Assembly: GCA_900771805.1 (NCBI GenBank)
Contig: CAAGPL010000067.1
Location: forward strand, 4,003 to 68,002
Source of the DNA: Bacilli bacterium
Lineage (GTDB): Bacteria > Bacillota_I > Bacilli_A > RF39 > UBA660
Length of the DNA: 64,000 nucleotides
Direction of reading: 5' to 3'
The position numbers and the translations under genes are program-made. Position 1 is the stretch's first letter, and every line of letters begins with the position of its first letter. Of this stretch, positions 1 through 10,509 are shown in pieces. The notes beneath the pieces were generated by a model. That model saw only the letters and a program-made list of their open reading frames with translations. It was not told the origin of the DNA and did not search any database.

Positions 1-578
1 AAAAAGTTACCCTTTTTTTCTTTGTTATTAAATAACTTATACACTTCTTCTTTTGAATCTAAATTACCTGATTCATACATTCTTTTAAGTAAAGAATCAT
101 TATAATCTAAGCTTGATAAAATATAACTAATATCTGTTATTGCATCATCTAGTGATGATTTATCAACATATGATTCTATTTTAGCATAATTATACACCAT
201 TTGAACATATAATTTTTTATTAGATTCTTTAATTTTAATATATCCATTTTTATTGTTGACATTAATTTTCTTAGATAATAGTATTTTATTATCTTCCTTA
301 TAATCTAATTTAGACTTATAATAATAACTAACAACATCAACATATAAATAATACTTATTACCATTTCTTTCTAAAACATCATTATAATCATTTGAATAAA
401 TAGTTTTAACACCATATGGTGCATAATACTTATATCCTTTTCCAATTTTATTATAATTCTTAATATTTAAAGATAGTATTTTATCCATTTTTTCTTCATA
501 ATTATAATTATCTATTCTAGTTATAGAACAACCAGATAATATAACTAAAGTTAAAAGTAACAAAAAAAACTTTTTCAA
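1..578 (-). CDS. Lipoprotein, function unknown (partial; 3' end runs off the left edge)
   Basis: The minus-strand frame stays open to position 1. The TTG start at 578 is preceded by AGGTGA. The N-terminus (M)KKFFLLLLTLVILSGC carries a lipobox. I hand-translated 578-300 and 60-1 and found no stops. Confidence 0.55.
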   Translation of the reverse strand, partial: MKKFFLLLLTLVILSGCSITRIDNYNYEEKMDKILSLNIKNYNKIGKGYKYYAPYGVKTIYSNDYNDVLERNGNKYYLYVDVVSYYYKSKLDYKEDNKILLSKKINVNNKNGYIKIKESNKKLYVQMVYNYAKIESYVDKSSLDDAITDISYILSSLDYNDSLLKRMYESGNLDSKEEVYKLFNNKEKKGNF

Positions 579-653
579 ACTGATTCACCTACCTTATAAA
601 TATTATAACAAAAAAATAATAAAAGGTAAAATATTTTATATTAAATATATCAA

Positions 654-1286
654 TTAGTCTTTATGTGCCACTAATTTACATATTCTAACACCTTTACTAT
701 TAAATTTTGATTCATATTCAGTTAATACATTATCTAAATCATTTTCACTTAATAAATCAAGTGTAACATAATCAAACTTATATCCATATAAACTTAAAGA
801 AGAAAGAGAATAAGAAAACAAATTAATATTGTCTGTTTTCTGTATAATTTCTTTTTTTCCTTTAAAAATATTATCATACTTTTTTAAAAATACATCAGAC
901 GTAAGTCTTCTTTTTTCATGTCTTTTTTTTGGCCATGGATCAGAAAAATTAAGATATATAGTATTTATTTCTTTATCAAATATATCTTCTATATAATTTG
1001 CATCTAATCTTATTAATTTTAAATTAGGTATATCTTCATTTTCTAATTTTTGAACTGATCTTACTATTACACTATCAAACATTTCAATTCCAATAAAATT
1101 AATATCTTTATATTTTTTAGCCATTTTAATTATAAAATTACCTTTTCCCATACCTATTTCTATATTAATTGGATTATTATTCTTAAATAAAGAATTCCAT
1201 TTTCCTTTATAATCATATGGATTTAACACAATATATTTAGAATTATTTATTATATCTTTTGCATTTTTTACATTTTTAAGTCTCAT
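654..1286 (-). CDS. trmB: tRNA (guanine46-N7)-methyltransferase
   Basis: The SAM-binding motif IEIGMGKGNF and the motif LNFSDPWPKKRHEKRR are typical of TrmB. I moved the start to ATG 1286 (MRLKNV) because it sits behind AAGGTGA. Confidence 0.9.
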   Translation of the reverse strand: MRLKNVKNAKDIINNSKYIVLNPYDYKGKWNSLFKNNNPINIEIGMGKGNFIIKMAKKYKDINFIGIEMFDSVIVRSVQKLENEDIPNLKLIRLDANYIEDIFDKEINTIYLNFSDPWPKKRHEKRRLTSDVFLKKYDNIFKGKKEIIQKTDNINLFSYSLSSLSLYGYKFDYVTLDLLSENDLDNVLTEYESKFNSKGVRICKLVAHKD

Positions 1287-1340
1287 AAAATCACCTTCTA
1301 TCATATTATCATTATGAGTTATTTAAGTCAATTAATTAAA

Positions 1341-1371
1341 AAAAATACAGGCAAATTTAGGCCTGTATTTT
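1341..1371 (-). terminator. Intrinsic terminator after dut
   Basis: An ATACAGGC/GCCTGTAT stem (1345-1352 / 1361-1368) is flanked by A/T runs and lies directly after the dut stop codon. Confidence 0.6.
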
Positions 1372-1821
1372 TTAATTTGTTCCAGTAGAACCAAAACCAT
1401 TTTCTCCTCTTTTTGTTTCATTTAATTCATCTACTTCATTAAATGAAGCTTTAATATATGGTGTTATAATAAGCTGTGCTATTCTTTCATATGCTTCTAT
1501 TTCTTTTAATTCATTTGTATGATTATGAAGAGCTACCATTATTTCTCCTCTATAATCTGAATCTATAACACCAACTTTATTAGCGGGTGCAAGACCTCTT
1601 TTAGTTGCAAGTCCACTTCTTGCATATATTAATCCCGCATAGCCTTCTGGAATTTCCATAGCAATTCCTGTCTTAATAAGTTTTGTCTCACCAGGATTAA
1701 AACTTATTTTTTCACTAGATGATGAATATAAATCACATCCTGCAGCAAAACTGGTTCCATAACTAGGTATTTTTGCATCTTTAGATAACTTTTTAATATT
1801 TATTTTTTCTTCTTTTATCAT
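1372..1821 (-). CDS. dut: dUTP diphosphatase
   Basis: The motifs AGCDLY, ARSGLA, GVIDSDYRGEI and C-terminal GFGSTG are present in a 149-aa protein. Confidence 0.9.
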   Translation of the reverse strand: MIKEEKINIKKLSKDAKIPSYGTSFAAGCDLYSSSSEKISFNPGETKLIKTGIAMEIPEGYAGLIYARSGLATKRGLAPANKVGVIDSDYRGEIMVALHNHTNELKEIEAYERIAQLIITPYIKASFNEVDELNETKRGENGFGSTGTN

Positions 1822-1823
1822 AA

Positions 1824-2336
1824 TTAAGCTCCTATTATTTCTTCTTCGTTTAGTAATACTACTTCACCTTTTTTTAGTGATTTTTTAACATCTATTACTC
1901 TCTGATTAGAAGAACCTCTCCATTTTAATCTAAAATCATGCAATTCATCTACGTACCTTCCATCTACTAATACATCTATATAATTTAATACTTCTTTATC
2001 TTTTAAATCCTTATCAAATAAGAATCCTGACCATGCCCAAATAGTTTTGTTTGGAAATTTTTCCTTAAATTTCTTAGCTAATTTTAAAGTTGCTCTTATA
2101 TTATTTGGATGCATAGGTTCACCACCTAATATAGATAATCCAACAATATAATCAGCACTAGCTAATTTTAATATTTGATCAATTGTATCATCAGTAAACA
2201 AATTACCATCTTTAAAACTCCAAGTTTCAGGATTAAAACAATTTTTACAATGAAACGCACAACCTTGCATAAATATAGATACTCTAACTCCTGGACCGTT
2301 TGATATATCCATTTTTCTTATTTTATTATATCTCAT
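1824..2336 (-). CDS. nrdG: Anaerobic ribonucleoside-triphosphate reductase activating protein (radical SAM)
   Basis: It carries the cluster motif GCAFHCKNCFNPETW, is 170 aa, and lies directly downstream of nrdD. Confidence 0.9.
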   Translation of the reverse strand: MRYNKIRKMDISNGPGVRVSIFMQGCAFHCKNCFNPETWSFKDGNLFTDDTIDQILKLASADYIVGLSILGGEPMHPNNIRATLKLAKKFKEKFPNKTIWAWSGFLFDKDLKDKEVLNYIDVLVDGRYVDELHDFRLKWRGSSNQRVIDVKKSLKKGEVVLLNEEEIIGA

Positions 2337-2338
2337 AA

Positions 2339-4492
2339 TTATGCATCCTTATTATCAATATGTATTACTCTTTCTTTAATTTCTTGAGTTCTTCCTTTAT
2401 TCCAGAAGTTTGTACCTATATATCCACAAGTTCTTCTTGCAACATTTAATTTATCATGATTTCTATTACCACAGTTAGGACAATACCATTCTAACTTATC
2501 ATCTAAAAGAATTTCTCCTTCATAACCACATTCTTGACAATAATCAGATTTAGTATTTAATTCTGCGTACATAATATTGTCATAAATAAATTTAATAACC
2601 TCCATAACAGCATCTAAGTTATTTGTTAAATTAGGTGTTTCAATATAGCTTATAGCTCCACCTGGTGAAAGTGCTTGAAACTTACTTTCTAGTTTTAATT
2701 TAGTAAATGCATCTATTTCTTCAAATACAGGTACATGATATGAATTTGTAATATAATCTCTATCAGTAATTCCTTTAATTCTTCCAAAACGTTCTCTTAG
2801 TGCTTTTGCAAATTTATAAGTTGTAGACTCAATTGGAGTTCCATAAACACTATAATCAATATCTTCTTCACTTTTCCATTTATTACAAGCATCATTTAGT
2901 CTTTTCATTACTTCAAGACCAAATTCTTCTGCCTTACCACCATCTGTATGAGAATGTCCAGTCATATATTTAACACATTCATAAAGTCCCGCATACCCAA
3001 GTGATATAGTTGAATAACCATGGTGTAATAATTCATGAATACTTTCTCCCTTACCTAATCTTGCAAGTGCTCCATGTTGCCATAATATAGGAGCAACATC
3101 GGAAGTTACCTTAGATAATCTTTTATGTCTTATTTGTAAAGCCCTATGACATAATTCTAATCTCTCATCCATAATCTTCCAAAATAAATCCATATCTTTA
3201 TCAGATGATAATGCAGCATCTACTAAGTTAATTGTAACAACACCTTGATTAAATCTTCCATAATATTTAGGCTTTCCTAAAGAATCAACATAAGGTGTTA
3301 AAAATGATCTACAACCCATACAAGGGAAACACTGTCCATTACCATTTTTATCAACTTTTAATTTCTTCATTATTTTTTCTGAAATATAATCTGGAACCAT
3401 ACGTTTAGCAGTACATTTAGCAGCAAGTTCTGTTAAATAATAATATTTTCCATCTTTTTTCATATTATCTTCTTCAAGTACATATAAAAGTTTAGGAAAA
3501 GCTGGAGTTATATAAACACCTTTTTCATTTTTCATACCCAAAATACGTTGTTTTAATACCTCTTCTATTATTAAAGCAAGTTCTTCTTTATATTCTTCTG
3601 TTTCACCTAAATACATGCAAACAGATAAAAATGGAGCTTGACCATTAGTTGTTGTCATTGAATTTATTTGATATTGAAAAGTTTGAACACCATCAGTTAT
3701 TTCTTTTGTTAAATCTTCCTTGGCATATTTTTTACAATCTTCTAACTTAAATTTTCTTTTTTTATACTTTTCTAAATAACGATTATAACTTTCTCTTACA
3801 AATGGTGCTAAGTGAGTAAGTGTTATAGTACATCCTCCATATTGACTTGATGATACTGCAGTTATAAGTTGTGTTGCAATAGTCATTGCAGTTAAAAAAC
3901 GATGAGGTTTTTCAATCATAACACCATTTATATTAGTTCCATTTTGAAGCATATCTTCTAAATTTATTAAATCACAATTATGTAGTGCATTTTGTGCAAA
4001 ATAATCCATATCATGAAAATGAATTATACCTTCATCATGTGCTTTTACAATATCTTCTGGAAGTAAGAATCTTCTTGATATATCTGTTGATGTTATACCT
4101 GCTATATAATCTCTTTGCGTAGTAACAACTTTTGCATTTTTATTAGAATTTTCTGTATTCCAATATTCACTTTCTCCATCTATTAATTCCTTTATAGATA
4201 AATCTGTTGTATTACTTCTTCTTACTAATTCTCTAGTATATCTATATGTTATATACTCTTTTGCTAAAGCAAACTTATTTAAAGCCATTAATCTAACTTC
4301 TATTATATCTTGAATATCTTCAACTAACATTCTTTTTTTCTTAAGACCTTCTATATATTTAATAATATTTTTAATTTGAACGTCAGTTACTCTATCTTCT
4401 TCAGATACTTCTTCATTAGCTTTTTTGATTGCTATTTCTATTTTTTCTGGACAGTAATCTACTATATGTCCATCTCTTTTAACTATTTTCAT
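2339..4492 (-). CDS. nrdD: Anaerobic ribonucleoside-triphosphate reductase (class III)
   Basis: It has an N-terminal ATP-cone-like region, a C-terminal zinc ribbon (CQECG...CPNCG) and the glycyl-radical motif RRTCGYIG. Length is 717 aa. Confidence 0.95.
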   Translation of the reverse strand: MKIVKRDGHIVDYCPEKIEIAIKKANEEVSEEDRVTDVQIKNIIKYIEGLKKKRMLVEDIQDIIEVRLMALNKFALAKEYITYRYTRELVRRSNTTDLSIKELIDGESEYWNTENSNKNAKVVTTQRDYIAGITSTDISRRFLLPEDIVKAHDEGIIHFHDMDYFAQNALHNCDLINLEDMLQNGTNINGVMIEKPHRFLTAMTIATQLITAVSSSQYGGCTITLTHLAPFVRESYNRYLEKYKKRKFKLEDCKKYAKEDLTKEITDGVQTFQYQINSMTTTNGQAPFLSVCMYLGETEEYKEELALIIEEVLKQRILGMKNEKGVYITPAFPKLLYVLEEDNMKKDGKYYYLTELAAKCTAKRMVPDYISEKIMKKLKVDKNGNGQCFPCMGCRSFLTPYVDSLGKPKYYGRFNQGVVTINLVDAALSSDKDMDLFWKIMDERLELCHRALQIRHKRLSKVTSDVAPILWQHGALARLGKGESIHELLHHGYSTISLGYAGLYECVKYMTGHSHTDGGKAEEFGLEVMKRLNDACNKWKSEEDIDYSVYGTPIESTTYKFAKALRERFGRIKGITDRDYITNSYHVPVFEEIDAFTKLKLESKFQALSPGGAISYIETPNLTNNLDAVMEVIKFIYDNIMYAELNTKSDYCQECGYEGEILLDDKLEWYCPNCGNRNHDKLNVARRTCGYIGTNFWNKGRTQEIKERVIHIDNKDA

Positions 4493-4551
4493 TTAATTAA
4501 GCCTACCTTTCTACTTTCAAGATAAATATACCATAATTATAAATTTATTCG

Positions 4552-4569
4552 TTGTTGCATTTGCAACAA
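4552..4569. promoter_or_regulatory. Perfect inverted repeat TTGTTGCA-tt-TGCAACAA in the nrdD / crp-fnr divergent intergenic region
   Basis: Read directly from the sequence. It lies 11 nt upstream of an extended -10 element, TGaTATTAT (4581-4589), of the plus-strand regulator gene. Confidence 0.35.
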
Positions 4570-4607
4570 AATTGAAAAAATGATATTATTTTACTAAGAG
4601 GTGTAAA

Positions 4608-5237
4608 ATGCGAAAATTATTTAACAAAATCGAATCTAAAGATCAAAAAAAATTACTAAAATTATTAGAAACAAGTATTCTTAAATTTAAAAAAGACGTA
4701 ACAATTTTTTCAAATATTCAAGGTAATATAATAGGTATTATATTAGAAGGAAGTGCACAAATTATAAGAACAGATTATAATGGCAACAGAACAATTATTG
4801 AAGAACTTAAAGAAGAATCAGTTTTTGGAACAGCAATATCATCTTTATATAGTGATGAATGTCAAATAATTACTAAAGAAGATACTAAAGTTTTATTAAT
4901 AGATTATGACCTTATAATAACTAAAGAAAATAATAATTATTCATATTATAATCAGTTTGTTAAAAACCTACTTGAAATAACCACTAATATAATAGAAGAA
5001 AAAAATGATAGAATTGAAATTTTAACAAAAAAAACTATAAGAGATAAATTATTAGAATACTTTAGAATATACAGTAAAAAAAGAGGGACAAAAATTATTT
5101 ATCTACCATTTAGCTTAACAGATTTTGCAGATTACTTATCAGTTGATAGATCTGCTATGCAAAGAGAATTAAAATATCTAAAAGAAGAAAAAATTATAGA
5201 AACAAAAGGTAGAAAAATAAATTTATTATACAAATAA
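4608..5237 (+). CDS. Crp/Fnr family transcriptional regulator
   Basis: It has an N-terminal cNMP-binding-like beta-roll region and a C-terminal HTH (LTDFADYLSVDRSAMQRELKYLKEEKII). The RBS is GAGGTG. Confidence 0.8.
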   Translation: MRKLFNKIESKDQKKLLKLLETSILKFKKDVTIFSNIQGNIIGIILEGSAQIIRTDYNGNRTIIEELKEESVFGTAISSLYSDECQIITKEDTKVLLIDYDLIITKENNNYSYYNQFVKNLLEITTNIIEEKNDRIEILTKKTIRDKLLEYFRIYSKKRGTKIIYLPFSLTDFADYLSVDRSAMQRELKYLKEEKIIETKGRKINLLYK

Positions 5238-5262
5238 AAGTCAGGTTATTCCTGACTTTTTG
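5236..5262. terminator. Bidirectional intrinsic terminator
   Basis: The hairpin AAAAGTCAGG-ttatt-CCTGACTTTT overlaps the 3' end of thrS and follows the regulator stop codon. Confidence 0.6.
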
Positions 5263-7015
5263 ATTGCTTACTTTTTATTTCATTTAAAAGTAAATCTTTA
5301 AATACATCTTTTGGAACTAAGTAAGTTTTATTAGAACCATGTCTTCTATAACTTACTAAGTTTTCATCACGTTCTTTATCTCCTAAAATTAAGATAATAG
5401 GAATTTTTTTAGTTTGAGCCTCTCTCATCTTATAAGATAATTTTTCATCTCTATCATCTAATTCTACTCTAATATTATTTTCTTTTAATAAGTTAAATAT
5501 TTCTTTAGCATATTCTAAATGATAATTATTATTAACTGGAATAATATTTACTTGTACTGGAGCTAGCCAAGTTGGAAAAGCACCTTTAGTTTCTTCAATT
5601 AAAAATGCTGTGAACCTGTCAAATGTTCCAAATATTGCTCTATGAAGAACAACAGGAGTTTTCTTTTCTCCCTTATTATCAATGTAAGAAAGATCAAATC
5701 TTCTTGGAAGTAAGAAATCTAACTGACAAGTTGATAAAGTAACCTCAGGCCCTACAGCAGGTTTTACTTCAACGTCAAGTTTAGGTCCATAAAATGCAGC
5801 TTCCCCTACAGCTTCAAAGTAATCAACGTTTAATTCGTTTAAAACTTCTCTTAATTTAGCCTCTGCTTCATTCCACATTTTATCATCATCAAAGTATTTT
5901 TCCTTATCCTCTGGGTCTCTAAGCGAAAGTCTAAACTTATAGTCCTTTATTCCAAAATCATGATAAACATCAAGTATTAAGCTAACAACCTTCTTAAACT
6001 CATCTTTGATTTGTTCTGGAGCAACAAAAAGGTGTGCATCGTTTTGGCACATGCATCTAACACGCTCAAGACCTTTAACGGCACCTGATGCTTCATATCT
6101 AAAGTCTGTTGCAAACTCTCCTATTCTAATTGGTAAATCACGGTATGAATGAAGTTTATTTTTAAAAACTAACATATGATGCGGACAATTCATAGGACGA
6201 AGCACAAATTCTTCATCATCAACCTTCATCATTGGAAACATATTTTCTTTATAATGATCCCAGTGACCTGAAGTTTTATATAAATCAACTGTACCAACAC
6301 ATGGAGAATATACGTGCTCATATCCCAAGTTTCTTTCCTTTTCATATATATAATTTTCTAGTTCTTTACGAATTACTGCTCCATTTGGAAGCCATATTGG
6401 CATACCTGCTCCAACTAGTTCATGATTCATAAAAATCTCTTGTTCCTTACCTATTTTTCTATGATCTCTTTGTTTTCTTTCTTCAAGTTCATTTAAATAA
6501 GCATTTAAATCTTCTTCAGTTTCAAAACATACACCATATATTCTTTGAAGCATCTTGTTTTTAGAATCACCCTTAAAGTATGCACCAGAGTGTTTAATTA
6601 GTTTAAAATACTTCATTTTTTTAGTTGTCTCAACATGAGGTCCACGGCAAAGATCAGTAAAATCTCCTTGCGTATAACAAGAAATAACAGTGTTATTTTC
6701 ATCCATACGACTTATTAAATCTATTTTATATGGATCATCTTTAAATCTTTCTAAAGCTTCTTCTTTAGATATTTCTTCTCTATAAATTCTCTTATCAGAT
6801 TTAGCACATTTTTTCATTTCTTTTTCTATTTTTGGTAAATCTTCATCTGTTAAAGTTTCATCCCCTAAATCTATATCATAGTAAAAACCATCTTCTATAA
6901 CTGGTCCTACCCAGAATTTAGCATTTGGATATAAATGTTTTACAGCCTGTGCAAGTAAGTGTGCACAAGAGTGATTAAGTATGTTTAATTTTTCATTTTC
7001 TTTTATATTTATCAT
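5246..7015 (-). CDS. thrS: Threonine--tRNA ligase (short form, no N-terminal TGS domain)
   Basis: It shows the [11 protein letters not shown] editing-domain motif, class II motifs ([32 protein letters not shown]) and a C-terminal anticodon-binding domain. Length is 589 aa. Confidence 0.95.
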   Translation of the reverse strand: MINIKENEKLNILNHSCAHLLAQAVKHLYPNAKFWVGPVIEDGFYYDIDLGDETLTDEDLPKIEKEMKKCAKSDKRIYREEISKEEALERFKDDPYKIDLISRMDENNTVISCYTQGDFTDLCRGPHVETTKKMKYFKLIKHSGAYFKGDSKNKMLQRIYGVCFETEEDLNAYLNELEERKQRDHRKIGKEQEIFMNHELVGAGMPIWLPNGAVIRKELENYIYEKERNLGYEHVYSPCVGTVDLYKTSGHWDHYKENMFPMMKVDDEEFVLRPMNCPHHMLVFKNKLHSYRDLPIRIGEFATDFRYEASGAVKGLERVRCMCQNDAHLFVAPEQIKDEFKKVVSLILDVYHDFGIKDYKFRLSLRDPEDKEKYFDDDKMWNEAEAKLREVLNELNVDYFEAVGEAAFYGPKLDVEVKPAVGPEVTLSTCQLDFLLPRRFDLSYIDNKGEKKTPVVLHRAIFGTFDRFTAFLIEETKGAFPTWLAPVQVNIIPVNNNYHLEYAKEIFNLLKENNIRVELDDRDEKLSYKMREAQTKKIPIILILGDKERDENLVSYRRHGSNKTYLVPKDVFKDLLLNEIKSKQSKSQE

Positions 7016-7016
7016 A

Positions 7017-7793
7017 TTAATAATTCCTTTCTAATTTACTTTTTAATTTAAACGTTCTTATATTAAAACCGCCTTGCTTTTTATAATAATAATTAATTAA
7101 GGCTTCCATATTTTTATACATAATACTTAATTTATCCATATCAAAGCATCTTATATATAGTTTTATAAATTCTTCTTCCGGTAGTTTAAATACATGATAC
7201 TTTCTTCTATATTCTTCATCTGTTAAAATCTTGTAAACTTTAGTTTTAGGTAATTTTGGAATACTTAAATACTCACAGTAAGCATCATATACAAATCCTA
7301 ACAAATTATAATATATTAAATTAAAATTAGGGTTATTTTCTTTTAAGCACACCTTTAGTTCATCAAAGTTATCCCATATATGATAATTATTCATATCTAA
7401 CTTTTCTGATTTAATATTATCTATTGACCTATCAATATAACTTAATGCTTCATCTTGAAGTTCTTTTACACTACCATCTAAATCATATATTATTTTTCCA
7501 TATGCAAGCATATTAGCAGTTACCTGTTTTCCATCAATAAATTCTTTTTCCATATATTTTTCTATTTCAGATTTAGGTGACATAAAATATTCTATTAAAT
7601 AACTATTAGAATCAATATTACCTCTTTCTTGATAGTTAACATTATCTTTTAAAATCAAGTATACATCAATATCAGAATATTCATTTTGATTTCCTGCGGC
7701 ATAGCTACCACAAAGCATAGCTCCTATTACATCATCATTATCTTCATATTGTCTTAAAAACTCTTTTAATGCAAGTTTCCATTTTTCTATCAC
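7017..7793 (-). CDS. Nucleotidyltransferase-domain protein (Pol-beta superfamily, KNTase-like)
   Basis: It carries the motif [19 protein letters not shown]. The GTG start follows GAAGGTG. It is the first gene after the T-box leader and lies 1 nt upstream of thrS. Confidence 0.6.
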   Translation of the reverse strand: MIEKWKLALKEFLRQYEDNDDVIGAMLCGSYAAGNQNEYSDIDVYLILKDNVNYQERGNIDSNSYLIEYFMSPKSEIEKYMEKEFIDGKQVTANMLAYGKIIYDLDGSVKELQDEALSYIDRSIDNIKSEKLDMNNYHIWDNFDELKVCLKENNPNFNLIYYNLLGFVYDAYCEYLSIPKLPKTKVYKILTDEEYRRKYHVFKLPEEEFIKLYIRCFDMDKLSIMYKNMEALINYYYKKQGGFNIRTFKLKSKLERNY

Positions 7794-7812
7794 AAAAACA
7801 CCTTCTTTCTAA

Positions 7813-8016
7813 TAAAAAAAAGGAAAGTACCAAAGGAGTGCATTACGCACGGTACCATCCTTAATTTAACTTAATTTGATAACGTGCATTACGCACGGGA
7901 TTCTCTTTCGAGTCCAACTTAGAAGTAGTAATTTTATAATTAGTTTATCTATTTTCACCACCATAGACTCTCTTTAAAACATCATTATAAAATCATGTCT
8001 TCATCAATGTATTTAT
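7813..8016 (-). promoter_or_regulatory. T-box riboswitch leader (probable Thr specifier ACU)
   Basis: On the minus strand the promoter is TTGACT-17-TATTAT (8051-8023). An AGAGAG stem-I element is present, and ACUA is the candidate specifier. The T-box sequence is AAGGAUGGUACCGUGCG (7862-7846). The terminator pairs AAGGAUGGUACC with GGUACUUUCCUU and is followed by U8 (7862-7814). Confidence 0.85.
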
Positions 8017-8054
8017 ATCAAAATAATACTACAAAAAGTATTCTTAGTCAATCT

Positions 8055-8981
8055 TTACTTTCTCTTATTTTCTCCAAGCATTTTTATATCAACTGTTAAT
8101 TGTTTTACTCTTTCTATTATTCTTCTTGCTTTTACTTTTTCAGATTTATTATTATTTGTAATACTTAAATGTTCTTCTAATTCTTTAATATCTAAATTAG
8201 AAGTGATAAAAGTTGGTAATTTTTCTTGCATTCTATACTGAAGAATAGTTCCTAATATTTCATCTCTACTCCATGATGTTACTATTTCTGCTCCTAAATC
8301 ATCTATTAAAAGAAGTTTAGCATACTTAACTTCATTATATTTATTTTTAAATTCATCAGAAGAAGATGAGGAATAACTAGATTTTAAACTTCTTAAATAT
8401 TCTGGCCAATATACTATAGTACTTTTAACATTTAATTTAGCAAGTTCATTAAACATTGAAGCAACTAAATATGTCTTACCAGCTCCAAAATTACCATGTA
8501 AAAAAAGTCCTTTATCAAATATATTCTTCTTATATTTCTTTATATAATTAGTAAGATAAGTTATTGTATCAAATCTTGATTCATCATCCGTATAAATATC
8601 CTTCATTTTAGCTTCTTTTATTTCCCTTGGTATATCAAAACTAGTAACATTTTTTTGATACTTATTTTCGTTTATTAATTTATTTTTATATCTACAAGAA
8701 ACATATGAAAAGTTTAATTTACCACATTCTAATGAAGGAAAATAACAATATCCATTCATATTGTTTTTGCACATAAAAAGTCCCTTACAAGATTTACAGT
8801 TTTTATATTCTAAAGAAGCTTCTTTAATTAATGATGTATATTTCATCAATTCGTCATCACTTAAATTTATACTATCACATATTTTTTTAAAATCTAAATC
8901 TTTTTTTTCTTCTTCATAAGAAACTTTTAATTTATAATTTAAATCATTTTCTTCTTTTACTACTTTATTTATGTTTTGCAT
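8055..8981 (-). CDS. dnaI: Primosomal helicase loader DnaI
   Basis: It has an N-terminal Cys-rich zinc module (CKSCKG...C) and an AAA+ Walker A motif (GNFGAGKTYL) with Walker B (LLLIDDLG). It is adjacent to dnaB, as in Bacillus. Confidence 0.85.
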   Translation of the reverse strand: MQNINKVVKEENDLNYKLKVSYEEEKKDLDFKKICDSINLSDDELMKYTSLIKEASLEYKNCKSCKGLFMCKNNMNGYCYFPSLECGKLNFSYVSCRYKNKLINENKYQKNVTSFDIPREIKEAKMKDIYTDDESRFDTITYLTNYIKKYKKNIFDKGLFLHGNFGAGKTYLVASMFNELAKLNVKSTIVYWPEYLRSLKSSYSSSSSDEFKNKYNEVKYAKLLLIDDLGAEIVTSWSRDEILGTILQYRMQEKLPTFITSNLDIKELEEHLSITNNNKSEKVKARRIIERVKQLTVDIKMLGENKRK

Positions 8982-8995
8982 AACCTATCATTCCT

Positions 8996-10291
8996 TTATG
9001 AAAATTCTTTTAACATATCCTTAAGTGATTTTTCATTTTCTTCACTTATTTTTTTCTTTTCTATTTTTTTATCAAACCATTCTGGTAACACTTCATTTGA
9101 TGGCTTTATATATTTTTTATCTTCAATTATAACTTTTGATTTTTTATATTCTTTTTCTGCTGCCTTCATTGCTTCTTCTACTGTCTCTATATTAAGTCTT
9201 TTCCACTGTGAAGCTATTGCCTCTATGAAATTTTTAGTAAGCTTTTTATTATTTATTTTTAAAACATAATCAATTAATACATTAACAACTCCTGGATTTA
9301 ATTTAAAGTCCGTTAATAAGCTTTCTAAAACATTAAGGTCTCTTTCTGCAGGTTTAGCACCTTTATTAGCTCCTTTAAGAAAATTATAAGGGCTTGTATT
9401 TTCAAATACATATATCATTTTAGCTCTTTTATCATCTTTTCCTATAGGATTTTTTAAATACTCAGGCTGACTTTTATATATAAGTGAAGGAAGTTTATTA
9501 TCATTTTCATATCTATAATAGTTTCTTACATTTTTTCTTAGTGCATTTTTATCAATTAGTCCATTTTCTTTTATAGAATTTAGTATGGAAGGCTTCATCT
9601 CCATAGCATCTAAATTATATACATAAGACAAATTACAAATCAAATCTTTAACTTCCTTACTAAAGGTTCTATTACTTATTAAACCATTTGGTACAGAAGA
9701 TATTAATAAATCAAAATCAAATTTTCCATCTATTTTTATTTGACCTGTTTTGTTAGTTCGTAAATCAGTATTTAAGTTATCATAAAGAGTTCCTGGAATA
9801 CTTTCAAAAACATCATCAAAAGATGAGGTTATCTCTTTATATGAAGATAAATTAATTTTTGGAACTTTAAAATATTTAAGTAAATTTTCATATTCTTTTT
9901 TACCAACATTATTATATAAAACAATATTTAATATAGGATGATTAAAATATTCTACCGCTTTAATTGGAGAGAATAATTCATATACATATGAATTAGGATT
10001 ACCTTCTTTTAAAAATGTTTTTAAAAGACCAACAGCCTCTAATTTTTTTCTTGCCATTATTATTGAATCCATTTTAATTCTTAAAGATGTCATTAAATGA
10101 TGATGAGTATATTCACCACTTAAAAGTTCTGATTTATCTAAATCAGCCCATAAAGTGTAATATAAATCAGTTGCAATACATCCAATTATTGGTTGATATA
10201 GCATACTTATTATTTTTCTATCATTTTCATTTAATATAGTTCTATTTACCACTACGAAAGTATCCGCTGGTAAAATGTTTAATTCTCTCAT
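8996..10291 (-). CDS. dnaB: Replication initiation and membrane attachment protein (Firmicutes DnaB, DnaD-like domains)
   Basis: Size is 431 aa and it sits upstream of dnaI. The C-terminal DnaD/DnaB_2-like segment reads VLIDYVLKINNKKLTKNFIEAIASQWKRLNIETVEEAM. Confidence 0.7.
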   Translation of the reverse strand: MRELNILPADTFVVVNRTILNENDRKIISMLYQPIIGCIATDLYYTLWADLDKSELLSGEYTHHHLMTSLRIKMDSIIMARKKLEAVGLLKTFLKEGNPNSYVYELFSPIKAVEYFNHPILNIVLYNNVGKKEYENLLKYFKVPKINLSSYKEITSSFDDVFESIPGTLYDNLNTDLRTNKTGQIKIDGKFDFDLLISSVPNGLISNRTFSKEVKDLICNLSYVYNLDAMEMKPSILNSIKENGLIDKNALRKNVRNYYRYENDNKLPSLIYKSQPEYLKNPIGKDDKRAKMIYVFENTSPYNFLKGANKGAKPAERDLNVLESLLTDFKLNPGVVNVLIDYVLKINNKKLTKNFIEAIASQWKRLNIETVEEAMKAAEKEYKKSKVIIEDKKYIKPSNEVLPEWFDKKIEKKKISEENEKSLKDMLKEFS

Positions 10292-10509
10292 AATGGTAGG
10301 CCTCCTTAAATTTTATTTTAATATATTTTAAAACTTATTTAAATAATTTTTAACACATTTAATAATTTTCTTTCATAAAGATTTAATCTTCTTTTATTAT
10401 AATACATTTCTTTTATTATTTTCAAGGTTAATATTTTTTTCTATCTTTTAAACATCTCTAATTATATAGTTTGACAAAGTAATAAAAAAACCTCTATTTT
10501 TAGGTTTTT

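Noticed and set aside
6232-6432. Track ORFs lying antisense inside longer genes: 6232-6432, 8976-9269, 10613-10816, 12221-12481, 15404-15751, 17826-18035, 27916-28119, 28195-28626, 28379-28564, 30371-30565, 31449-31712, 33393-33731, 33667-33867, 33927-34397, 37191-37373, 46395-46718, 47193-47387, 47625-47981, 48949-49188, 51810-52016, 52747-53010, 56877-57185, 57281-57463, 58425-58631, 62958-63149
   Set aside because: Each lies wholly within, or in another frame of, a longer ORF that has recognisable family motifs. They have low-complexity F/L/I/S-rich translations typical of shadow frames in AT-rich DNA, and none has an RBS.
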